Source: Bacteroidota bacterium
GTDB lineage: Bacteria; Bacteroidota; Bacteroidia; Flavobacteriales; BACL11
Direction of reading: 5' to 3'
Assembly: GCA_036139835.1 (NCBI GenBank)
Contig: JAYZYW010000042.1
Location: forward strand, 1 to 58,365
Length of the DNA: 58,365 nucleotides
The notes below the pieces were generated by a model. The model did no database searches. It was not told the DNA's origin and was given only the letters and a program-made list of their open reading frames with translations. The translations under genes were made by a program, and so were the position numbers. Below are positions 38,382-46,935 of the stretch, piece after piece. Positions within the stretch are counted from its first letter, which is position 1; the number at the start of each line of letters is the position of its first letter.

Positions 38382-40478
38382 TTAAGAAATCCTACTCCAA
38401 CTCATGCGTTCCCTAGCATAAGGACGATAAGTTCGAGCAACATTTCTATTTTTAGTTTTTTCTAAATTCTCATCATCCTCCAATAAGAGTTGGGCCTCTT
38501 TTCGAGCAAAATGCAATATTTTATTGTCTACAATAATATCTGCAATTTTAAAATCAAGCACCCCACTTTGCTTGGTCCCCATCATATCCCCAGGGCCTCT
38601 TAACTTTAAATCTACCTCTGATATTTGAAAGCCATCATTAGTCTCTACCATAGTTCTCAAACGAATCTTCCCTTCATTACTTACCTTATTTCCGCTCATA
38701 AGTATACAATAAGATTGCTCTGCGCCTCTTCCTACTCTACCTCTTAACTGATGTAGTTGCGAAAGTCCAAAACGCTCCGCACTTTCAATAATCATAACAG
38801 AAGCATTCGGAACATCTACTCCAACCTCAATTACAGTGGTTGCTACCATAATATTAGTTGTCCCCTCTACAAAACGTTTCATTTCATATTCCTTGTCCTC
38901 TGCTTTCATACGGCCATGCACTACACTCACCTGAAATTCTGGCAAAGGAAATTCTCGTTCAATTGCATTGTAACCCTCCATTAAATCCTTATAATCAAGC
39001 TTTTCACTTTCTTCAATTAAAGGAAATACAATATAAATCTGCCTTCCTAAAGCGATTTGCTCTCTTATAAAATTAATAATCTGTAAGCGAGAAGAATCTG
39101 TTTTCCATATAGTTTTCACTTCTTTCCTGCCAGGAGGTAGTTCATCAATTATTGATACATTCAAATCACCATAAAGCGTCATAGAAAGTGTCCTTGGAAT
39201 AGGAGTTGCAGTCATAACTAAAATATGAGGAGGATGATCATTTTTTGTCCAAAGTTTCGCTCTTTGAGCAACTCCAAATCTATGCTGCTCATCAATAACC
39301 ACTAAACCTAAATTTTTAAATCTCACTTTATCTTCTAGTAAAGCATGTGTACCAATTAATAGCTCAATTTCTCCATTCTCTAATTGTTTATGCAAAATTT
39401 TACGTTCTTTTGTTTTTGTAGATCCTGTAAGCATCGCAACTTTTACTTCCATTTCTTCTAAATATGTAGAAATAGATTGAAAATGCTGTTGTGCCAAAAT
39501 TTCAGTGGGAGCCATAAGGCAAGTCTGATAATTATTATCCACACCCATAAGCATACTTAATAATGCAACCAAAGTTTTACCACTTCCTACATCTCCTTGC
39601 AAAAGGCGATTCATTTGCTGAGGATTCCTGACATCATTTCTTATTTCTTTAAGTACTCTCTTTTGCGCATTAGTCAATTCAAAAGGCAAATATTTCTTAT
39701 AAAAATTATTAAACCCATCTCCTAAATCTTCAAAAGCATAACCCTTTGACTTGTAATTTCTTGTTAGTCTTAGTTTTAATAAATGTAATTGCAAAAAGAA
39801 AAACTCTTCAAACTTTAATCTTTTTTGTGCCCTAACTAATGCCTTTGCATCTTTAGGATGATGCACATCATAAAAAGACTGTTCTCTACTAGGCAATTCT
39901 AATTTTAAAATTAAATGAGGTGACAATGTTTCTTCTAGCTGATTGTTTAGTAAAGACAATAAAGCTTTTATTAATTTACCAATTGCTCTACTGCTTAATC
40001 CTTTTGCTTTTAATAACTCTGTAGAATGATAAACAGCTTGTAAGCTTCCAGAAAGCTGCTGTTTTTCTCCTTGTAAATCCAGCTCAGGATGCACGATATT
40101 AAATTTACCCTTATAAGCAGATGGTTTCCCAAAAACAATATAATCAGTATGTAATTTTACACCAGATTTTATCCATCTTGTTCCTTTAAACCACACTAAT
40201 TCAATAATACCTGTTTCATCCTTAAAATGAGCAATTAAGCGCTTACTGTTCTTTTGTCCTTTTTCTTCAAACTTTATAATTTGTCCTTTAAGCTGAATAA
40301 AAAGCATATCAGCTGTTAAATCAGCAATGTTATACACTATACTTTTATCAATATAACGAAAGGGATAATGGTCTAATAAATCTCCATATGTAAAGATATC
40401 CAACTCCTTTTTTAAGAGATCAGCCCTAAAAGGGCCAACCCCTTTTAAATAATCAATAGGAGTTTCTAGAATATGCAT
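38382..40478 (-). CDS. recG: ATP-dependent DNA helicase RecG
   Basis: 698 aa. Wedge domain, Walker A GDVGSGKT, DEQHRFG, and the TATPIPRT motif. Confidence 0.95.
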   Translation of the reverse strand: MHILETPIDYLKGVGPFRADLLKKELDIFTYGDLLDHYPFRYIDKSIVYNIADLTADMLFIQLKGQIIKFEEKGQKNSKRLIAHFKDETGIIELVWFKGTRWIKSGVKLHTDYIVFGKPSAYKGKFNIVHPELDLQGEKQQLSGSLQAVYHSTELLKAKGLSSRAIGKLIKALLSLLNNQLEETLSPHLILKLELPSREQSFYDVHHPKDAKALVRAQKRLKFEEFFFLQLHLLKLRLTRNYKSKGYAFEDLGDGFNNFYKKYLPFELTNAQKRVLKEIRNDVRNPQQMNRLLQGDVGSGKTLVALLSMLMGVDNNYQTCLMAPTEILAQQHFQSISTYLEEMEVKVAMLTGSTKTKERKILHKQLENGEIELLIGTHALLEDKVRFKNLGLVVIDEQHRFGVAQRAKLWTKNDHPPHILVMTATPIPRTLSMTLYGDLNVSIIDELPPGRKEVKTIWKTDSSRLQIINFIREQIALGRQIYIVFPLIEESEKLDYKDLMEGYNAIEREFPLPEFQVSVVHGRMKAEDKEYEMKRFVEGTTNIMVATTVIEVGVDVPNASVMIIESAERFGLSQLHQLRGRVGRGAEQSYCILMSGNKVSNEGKIRLRTMVETNDGFQISEVDLKLRGPGDMMGTKQSGVLDFKIADIIVDNKILHFARKEAQLLLEDDENLEKTKNRNVARTYRPYARERMSWSRIS

Positions 40479-40505
40479 GCGGTAAATTTAAAGAAAACTA
40501 AATTA

Positions 40506-40994
40506 CTAGTGCTTCTTTAAATGAGGGCTTTTAAACATAAAAGGCAATAAATCCTGAACTTTATTTGCAATAAGCACCTGATCAGTAGGTGAATGTAAAA
40601 TTACTTTTATTGACTGTTCTTGTTTATCTTCATACTCTGCCATAACTTGCCTACACGCCCCACAAGGAGAAATAAAATCAGTTACTTCAAAACTTTTAGA
40701 AAATACAGAAATAGCTATAGTTTTTATTTTAACATCTGGAAATTTTGCTCCCACATAAAACATAGCTACTCGTTCAGCACAAAGCCCAGATGGGTAGGCA
40801 ACATTCTCTTGATTACTACCATTTATAATCTCCCCATTTTCCAGCAAAATACTTGCCCCAACCAAAAAGCCTGAATAAGGAGCATAAGCAGTGATAAAAG
40901 CTTCTTTTGCATTAGCAATAAGCTCTTGATCTTTATTGTCTAATTCTGATAAATACGCTGAGGAAAAATGAAGCTCTATCTTTTTTTCTTGCAT
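40506..40994 (-). CDS. cdd: Cytidine deaminase
   Basis: 162 aa. Zinc ligand motifs CAERVA and PCGACRQ. The ATG shares one nucleotide with the upstream stop (TAATG). Confidence 0.9.
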   Translation of the reverse strand: MQEKKIELHFSSAYLSELDNKDQELIANAKEAFITAYAPYSGFLVGASILLENGEIINGSNQENVAYPSGLCAERVAMFYVGAKFPDVKIKTIAISVFSKSFEVTDFISPCGACRQVMAEYEDKQEQSIKVILHSPTDQVLIANKVQDLLPFMFKSPHLKKH

Positions 40995-41650
40995 TATAAA
41001 TCATATAAAATTTTGCCCTCAAATATAAAAAGAGTTTCTGAATTACTCACATAAAAATCTTGCTGAATACGATAACCTAAATCAAAATCTAAGTTTTTAG
41101 TAATTCGGTGCGATACTGTAATAGTTGATCGCAATTTATTAATTCCATCCTCTAAGTTGAAGAAATATTCAGTTGCAACATTAGGTCTAAGTTTTGTTTT
41201 ACGAATATTATAAGATACTGAAAACTTCTGACGCAAAGTCATTTTGTAACCATACATATCTCCTTGAGTTTGCCATCTATTTCTTATAGCATACGATAAT
41301 CTTTTAACAAGCTTATTTTTGTAATTGATATCAGCATAAAACCTATTATTATTAGAAATTTCAAGTTCTTTGTCCCAATTAGTAGCATATCGATAACCAC
41401 TTGCAAAAGAGACCCTTTTATTCAAATCTCTTTTCAATTTTAAATCAAAAAATTGTTTGGAATACAAAGAAGAATTCTCTCTTAATCTTAATCCTGATTT
41501 TAATCTGAGGTTCGTCTTTTTAATAATCTTTTTATTAAGAGAAAATGAATACCAAGTTTGGAAATCATTTTCTTGGGCTAAAACTGAAAAAGAACTCAGT
41601 AATAGTAATAAAATACTATTCTGAATTATTCTCATCTGAATTATCCTCAT
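40994..41650 (-). CDS. DUF2490-like signal-peptide protein, beta-rich (probable outer-membrane protein)
   Basis: 218 aa. Signal peptide ending SVLAQ and alternating-hydrophobic beta-strand character throughout. There are two in-frame ATGs (41650 and 41635) created by a 15-bp duplication. The family call is from memory of the DUF2490 pattern. Confidence 0.55.
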   Translation of the reverse strand: MRIIQMRIIQNSILLLLLSSFSVLAQENDFQTWYSFSLNKKIIKKTNLRLKSGLRLRENSSLYSKQFFDLKLKRDLNKRVSFASGYRYATNWDKELEISNNNRFYADINYKNKLVKRLSYAIRNRWQTQGDMYGYKMTLRQKFSVSYNIRKTKLRPNVATEYFFNLEDGINKLRSTITVSHRITKNLDFDLGYRIQQDFYVSNSETLFIFEGKILYDL

Positions 41651-42275
41651 AATAGAAAATCCTGATATTCGCTATATCTTTTAAAAAATCAATTCTTCTT
41701 ATTTCTATTCTACTAATATTCAAACCTGTTCTTGCTTTTAAATCTGCAATTAATTCCTCTCTTTTTTCAGGGACAACAAGTTCTATCTTTTCATAAGTTA
41801 TATTCTTACGAATTTCATGTTTCAACAACCATATGCGTTCCATTCCGTAAGTAACAAACACAATAAGAAGATTAGCAAAAATAACCTCCGCATGACTAAT
41901 TTTTTTATTAGCTAAGGCATTTACCACAGATATTCCAATCACTAAAAAAAGATAAGTCATTTCCTTAATAGCAATAGGATCAGTACGATATCTTATAATA
42001 CCAAAAATAGCAAAAAGGCCAAGAGCAAATCCTAGTTGCAGTTTCACACTATCTAACAAAACACAAAGTAAGAATACCGTTAAACTAATCAAGAAATAAG
42101 TAAATAAATAATCCTTATTTTTAGTTACAGGATAATAAATATATCTAACAATTATTGTAATAATTGTCAAATTAAACACTGTCTTTACTAATAATGTCCA
42201 AAAATCTTTTGAATCAAATATTGGAGTCCCTAAAAACTCAGGTCCTTTGCTTAATAATACTGAAAGTAATTCCAT
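41616..42275 (-). CDS. DUF4956-like polytopic inner-membrane protein with a C-terminal soluble domain
   Basis: 219 aa. Four to five TM helices, then a charged domain of about 70 aa. The ATG immediately follows the stop of the VTC-domain gene (TAAATG). Confidence 0.6.
   Translation of the reverse strand: MELLSVLLSKGPEFLGTPIFDSKDFWTLLVKTVFNLTIITIIVRYIYYPVTKNKDYLFTYFLISLTVFLLCVLLDSVKLQLGFALGLFAIFGIIRYRTDPIAIKEMTYLFLVIGISVVNALANKKISHAEVIFANLLIVFVTYGMERIWLLKHEIRKNITYEKIELVVPEKREELIADLKARTGLNISRIEIRRIDFLKDIANIRIFYYEDNSDENNSE
41621..41650. repeat. 15-bp direct tandem duplication (ctgaattattctcat / ctgaattatcctcat, one mismatch)
   Basis: Read directly from the sequence. It lies in the 35-nt overlap of two genes. 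It encodes MRIIQ-MRIIQ in one frame and EDNSD-ENNSE in the other. Confidence 0.9.
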
Positions 42276-43025
42276 TTATGCTAGTTTTAATTTTGTTAAA
42301 AATAATTTTTTTTGTTTAAATCGATTTTGTTTTAAATTAGGATTCAACTCTAATGTGCTCATGCAATATTTACTAATCCTAATTGGTAAAATATGTAATT
42401 CTTTTGCAATTCTTATAAAATCAGATGATCTACTCATTCGTTCTTGTTTTACCTCAGCAATAGCAAGCTGCTTTAAATCCCCAGATTTTTCTTTACTCTC
42501 AAAAGTAAGGTTTATATCCATAGTCAACCTTTCTTTTTGTGTTTTATGTACAAAAGTAATTCTGCTAAAGTTAATCCATTGTTTTGACTTCACATCCATT
42601 TGCTTTCCAATAATCTTATTGATGTAAGTTTGTTGTTTAGGAGTTAATTCTTTTGCAATTGAATCAACTTTCATTCTCTTTTTAATGGTTCTACCCTTAT
42701 TGTTCTTGAGTTTAATTTCTAAAAAAGTAAGCTTACTCCCGACATACTCTCTAAAACGAACTTTGTTTCTATTTACCCTGCGATTATGATGATCAAGATA
42801 AAACTTTCTATCATCAGTATCATAGTAAAGAGATTTATAATCATGAATAAATTTCCCATCTATTTCAAGCACTCTATAAAAAGGTTGCATTTGCTCCAAC
42901 AACTGTGGAAGTTTTGCTGACTTAAAGGCAAACTTTGTATCCGTTCTACTCATCAATTTCACATCATCCATTTCATCTAATGAAATAGGTGAAAAATCAG
43001 CTATTATTTGTGAGAAGGCACTCAT
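42276..43025 (-). CDS. VTC-domain (triphosphate tunnel / polyphosphate-polymerase-domain) protein, cytoplasmic
   Basis: 249 aa with no signal peptide. It has alternating charged beta-strand motifs: RTDTKFAF, YYDTDD, NKVRFREY, FLEIKLK, AIAEVKQE. These are typical of CYTH/TTM tunnel enzymes and of bacterial proteins annotated as polyphosphate polymerase domain-containing. Confidence 0.65.
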   Translation of the reverse strand: MSAFSQIIADFSPISLDEMDDVKLMSRTDTKFAFKSAKLPQLLEQMQPFYRVLEIDGKFIHDYKSLYYDTDDRKFYLDHHNRRVNRNKVRFREYVGSKLTFLEIKLKNNKGRTIKKRMKVDSIAKELTPKQQTYINKIIGKQMDVKSKQWINFSRITFVHKTQKERLTMDINLTFESKEKSGDLKQLAIAEVKQERMSRSSDFIRIAKELHILPIRISKYCMSTLELNPNLKQNRFKQKKLFLTKLKLA

Positions 43026-43028
43026 GTA

Positions 43029-43448
43029 TTAATTATTCTCAATTACAAAGTCAGCAACTGTATTTACTGAATTATCATCCTTTATTGTAATATACTTATA
43101 AATTGGAAGTTCATAAGTATATTCTGATTCCGTACCTGTAACTACAGTAGTATCTTTATGAAGATAGATAGTATAATCACCTTTTCTTAAAAACTCAAAA
43201 TGATATCTCCCATTATAATCTGTTTCAAATTTATCATCATATACTCCAGTCTCATCATCAGAATAGATAATAAATACATCTTTTTCCGCTTTTGGATACT
43301 CGTGTGTATCTAGTTGGAGTGTTACCGGATTTAATGTTCTTTCAAAATAAATAACTTTTCCTTCAATTACCGATGTCCCTCCTTCTCCGGCTCCTTTTTC
43401 ACAAGCAGTAAGCCCTATAATTGCACAAATAATGAAAATTTTTCTCAT
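43029..43448 (-). CDS. Small lipoprotein with a carboxypeptidase-regulatory-like beta-sandwich pattern
   Basis: 139 aa. Lipobox IGLTAC, plus IEGKV...DYNGRYHFEFLRKGDYTI. Confidence 0.55.
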   Translation of the reverse strand: MRKIFIICAIIGLTACEKGAGEGGTSVIEGKVIYFERTLNPVTLQLDTHEYPKAEKDVFIIYSDDETGVYDDKFETDYNGRYHFEFLRKGDYTIYLHKDTTVVTGTESEYTYELPIYKYITIKDDNSVNTVADFVIENN

Positions 43449-43451
43449 GTA

Positions 43452-45662
43452 TTATTGTTTTATTATTTTAACCACAGAATCTGCTGATTTCACAAAATAA
43501 ATACCATCTTCCCAATTGCTAATATCAATTGATTTTACTTCATTATCAGAATAAACTTTCTGACCCATCATATTAAACACATTAATAGTCCGAGTGTCTC
43601 CTAATAGATATATCCTAGTATTAGAAGGATTCGGATAGACCCTAAACTTACTCTCATAACTGATGTCACTATTTTCAGTTGCCTGTTGATTGTTATCCTC
43701 ATAAGTGTGATCTTGATGCTGCATAGTTCCACTACCGTTTGGAACTCTTGCATAACCTTTATCGGCAATCATATTTACATAATGGACTGCATCAATAACA
43801 TTTCCAGAAGGGTCGCTTAAATAAACTTCCTCCTGATCAGCAGATAATCGATATGTAGTATGTAATCCTGCCTGACTTACACCAGCTGTATCACACCAAA
43901 TAATTAAATAATCATTAGGTTGAATACTTACACTTGGGAATGACCATTTTGTTAAATCATTCTCATTATCCGACAAATAAAAACCACTTAAGTTTATTGA
44001 ATTTACACCTCCATTATAAAGCTCCACCCAATCATCAAACTCTCCATCCTGATCCGCCACTGATGAGGAATTAGCCGCCATGATTTCATTAATTACCAAT
44101 CCTCCAACAACTGCTAATTGATGGAATTCCTTCTCAGCTCTTTCAGGAGAGAAAATCCCCGCATCATTATTTTCTGCATAAAAGTAATACTGAACATCTC
44201 TAGCATCTACATTAATAGTCGCTCCAAAAACCCCATCACCAGCAGTTCCATCACCATGTTGCCCATCATCAAACATCTGTAATTTTTCAAACTCATCAGC
44301 AAACTTATATCTATAGCCCAAGTAAGCATAATTTGAATTTGAGATTTGTGCTGTAATATTTACTGATGTATTAGGTAATACATTTGTAGGGCTTGATGAA
44401 ATATTTGAAATTACTGGAGGTGTAACTGTAAATTCCGTAAGGGATTGAAGATATTGTATTCTAGATGACATTAATTCAGAAATACCAATAACAGGATTAA
44501 CTCCAACAGATGTAGTTATATTGCTCGTAAACTCAGCATAAGTGTAGAATGGGTTTGGATCTGCACTTACATCTGTATCTATAAGTTGTTGCAGTTGATT
44601 AGCTCTTGTAATGTAATTATTATTCACAAATTGCTCATTTAAAATAGTACGCATGTGTGCTACATACATACGCTTATATCTATCAGAAGAAAACAGTTGA
44701 TTTGTCAATTTATTATTAGGATCATTACTATTATGAAAAATATCTATTTCCTGTAAATCATTAATAGTAACAGGTGTAGGCAAACCATTAGTAAAAGTTC
44801 CAAATGCCATATTCATATCCCATAATATAGTAGAGAATCTACCATTATTATTCTGAAATAGATAAAAATTATGAGGAATAGAATTAATTGGGCCATCTAA
44901 ACAAACAGTTAAATTTTCAAAAGCCATCATCCATAAGGCCCTATCTATATCCATAACACTCTCAATATCATTAAAGTGACTATTTAATGTGTCTAAAAAA
45001 TTCCCCAATTTTTCCCAATCATTGGAAGATTGCATTTCATATGCTCTTTGATAACAATTTGTATCTGAATAATATTCTAAAATACCTAACTGCCCCACGC
45101 ACCCTGGAACTGAAATCCCTGTATTATCAACTTTAAAAAAAGGACCATTACGCTCATAAAAATGTTCATTCGTAAAATCATCATCAATTGACTGAACACA
45201 AGTATACAAACCAATTAATATACCATCTACAAATACATTAGCATATGTAGCTTTTGAAGCAGGCATATACTGCCTAGCAATCTCATAACTTAATACTTCA
45301 CGAATAAAAGAAGGATCACGAAACCCATTAGAAAGTTTCAGTACATTATAACCATCAATAGATTGTCCATTATTTATATAATCCAATTTTATATTCATTG
45401 GATTTTTTACATTATTTACATTGTAAGAACTATTTCCTTTATACTTAACACCTACATTTTCATCTAACAAACCATCAATTAATATTGAATCAGCTATTAA
45501 TCTTTCTCCATTATTATTAGCATAATAAATATCAAGCGAATCATCCCAATTAGGTTCATTAAAAAAGATTTCTATTTGACGAACGCCAATATCAAACACA
45601 TCTTGAGAAAAAGAAAAAAAAGAAATAATTAATAAAAAGAAAATTAAAAATAATTTAGGCAT
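43452..45662 (-). CDS. CotH kinase family protein with a lamin-tail domain and a T9SS C-terminal sorting domain
   Basis: 736 aa. Signal peptide. CotH core (VGVKYKGNSS...NPMNIKLDY...LKLSNGFRDPSFIREVLSYEIARQYMPASKATYANVFV...WDMNMAFG). LTD (LVINEIMAANSS...DDWVELYN...FYLSD). T9SS tail (RVYPNPSNTRIYLL...GIYFVKS). Confidence 0.85.
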   Translation of the reverse strand: MPKLFLIFFLLIISFFSFSQDVFDIGVRQIEIFFNEPNWDDSLDIYYANNNGERLIADSILIDGLLDENVGVKYKGNSSYNVNNVKNPMNIKLDYINNGQSIDGYNVLKLSNGFRDPSFIREVLSYEIARQYMPASKATYANVFVDGILIGLYTCVQSIDDDFTNEHFYERNGPFFKVDNTGISVPGCVGQLGILEYYSDTNCYQRAYEMQSSNDWEKLGNFLDTLNSHFNDIESVMDIDRALWMMAFENLTVCLDGPINSIPHNFYLFQNNNGRFSTILWDMNMAFGTFTNGLPTPVTINDLQEIDIFHNSNDPNNKLTNQLFSSDRYKRMYVAHMRTILNEQFVNNNYITRANQLQQLIDTDVSADPNPFYTYAEFTSNITTSVGVNPVIGISELMSSRIQYLQSLTEFTVTPPVISNISSSPTNVLPNTSVNITAQISNSNYAYLGYRYKFADEFEKLQMFDDGQHGDGTAGDGVFGATINVDARDVQYYFYAENNDAGIFSPERAEKEFHQLAVVGGLVINEIMAANSSSVADQDGEFDDWVELYNGGVNSINLSGFYLSDNENDLTKWSFPSVSIQPNDYLIIWCDTAGVSQAGLHTTYRLSADQEEVYLSDPSGNVIDAVHYVNMIADKGYARVPNGSGTMQHQDHTYEDNNQQATENSDISYESKFRVYPNPSNTRIYLLGDTRTINVFNMMGQKVYSDNEVKSIDISNWEDGIYFVKSADSVVKIIKQ

Positions 45663-45700
45663 AATTCTATTTTAAAAAGATGGCGTAAAGTTAAGAAATA

Positions 45701-46933
45701 TTAGTTAACGACTATCTTTTTAATAATAGCGCCGTCAGAGAATTGAATATTAACATAATATAGTCCTTTTTTGCAAGATGAAAAATCAATACTATATTGT
45801 TCTTTCTTCTGATTTTCCTCATATATCAAGACTCCTAAGTTATTATATATCTTAACCTGTTGAATGTCTTTTCCATCATTACTTAAATAAACCATATTAC
45901 TAGTTGGATTTGGAAATATATTAACTACTAACATTGCAGTTTCATTAACAGCACTTGGCATAGCTGATATTTTAGAAACTCCTGTGCTAGTTGCTACCCA
46001 AACATTATCTTCAGAGTCAATTGCCAACCCTCTTACATTTGGTCCTGCTAAACCATCTGAAACGTGAAAATCTTCCCATTGACTACCATTCCAATAAGCA
46101 ATACCTCCTTCTGCCAAATAACCAACATAAATAGCGGTCCATATTCTTCCGTATGAATCCATTGCAATATCCACCACAGGATTTATAGAATCATGAGGTG
46201 GCGGAAGGGAATACATCTCTATATAATCGATACAAGATGTATTTGAAGCGTTAAGAACAGACATTCCAAGATCTGTTCCAATCCACTTGTTATCTTGGTT
46301 ATCTATAAGTAAAGCTGTCACATTTTGTGAAAGTAATCCATTTGAGGTATTATAATTTGTGAAAGTTGTTCCGTCAAAATGGGTAACACCACCTAAAGGA
46401 GAGGCAAACCACTTGTCTCCATTAGAATCAAAAGCAGTAATATTAACACCACTCCAATGCAAATCAGGAGAAGAGTAAGACATCCAAGAATTACCGTCAA
46501 AATAAGAAACCCCTTGATTGGTACCAATCCAAACATCACCATTAGGATCTTCATCAATACTTTTTACTTGATTACTAATAAGACCATTTGCTGTTGTATA
46601 TGGCGCCCAAACACTAGCAGGGATACCATATAATAATTGATTTGCGCCATAATCTGTTCCAATCCATATTTCTCCACTAGAAATTGCTTTAATAGATTTA
46701 ATATTATCAGAAACAATCTCAGGAAAATTTGCTTGATTCCACATGTACCAGTCCCCAGCATCATACATCTGAACTCCAACACTAGTCCCAAACCAAACAT
46801 TATCATCTTGATCTACATCTATACATTCAACAAAATCACTAATTAACCCATCTGCTGTAGTGTAGTTTGTAATAGTTTGTGCTTCTAGTTGTATTGCAAA
46901 AAAGCACATTATTATTAATAAACATTTTTTCAT
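45701..46933 (-). CDS. Secreted beta-propeller protein (two-component-regulator-propeller type repeats) with a T9SS sorting domain
   Basis: 410 aa. Signal peptide. Repeated GL.sn.V..i..D..g..WigT..G units. The tail is NIFPNPTSNMVYLS...GLYYVNIQF. Confidence 0.75.
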   Translation of the reverse strand: MKKCLLIIMCFFAIQLEAQTITNYTTADGLISDFVECIDVDQDDNVWFGTSVGVQMYDAGDWYMWNQANFPEIVSDNIKSIKAISSGEIWIGTDYGANQLLYGIPASVWAPYTTANGLISNQVKSIDEDPNGDVWIGTNQGVSYFDGNSWMSYSSPDLHWSGVNITAFDSNGDKWFASPLGGVTHFDGTTFTNYNTSNGLLSQNVTALLIDNQDNKWIGTDLGMSVLNASNTSCIDYIEMYSLPPPHDSINPVVDIAMDSYGRIWTAIYVGYLAEGGIAYWNGSQWEDFHVSDGLAGPNVRGLAIDSEDNVWVATSTGVSKISAMPSAVNETAMLVVNIFPNPTSNMVYLSNDGKDIQQVKIYNNLGVLIYEENQKKEQYSIDFSSCKKGLYYVNIQFSDGAIIKKIVVN

Positions 46934-46935
46934 AA

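Noticed and set aside
42247-42627. 126-aa plus-strand ORF antisense to the VTC-domain gene
   Set aside because: It is a shadow ORF inside a tightly coupled minus-strand operon, with no motifs and no promoter box.
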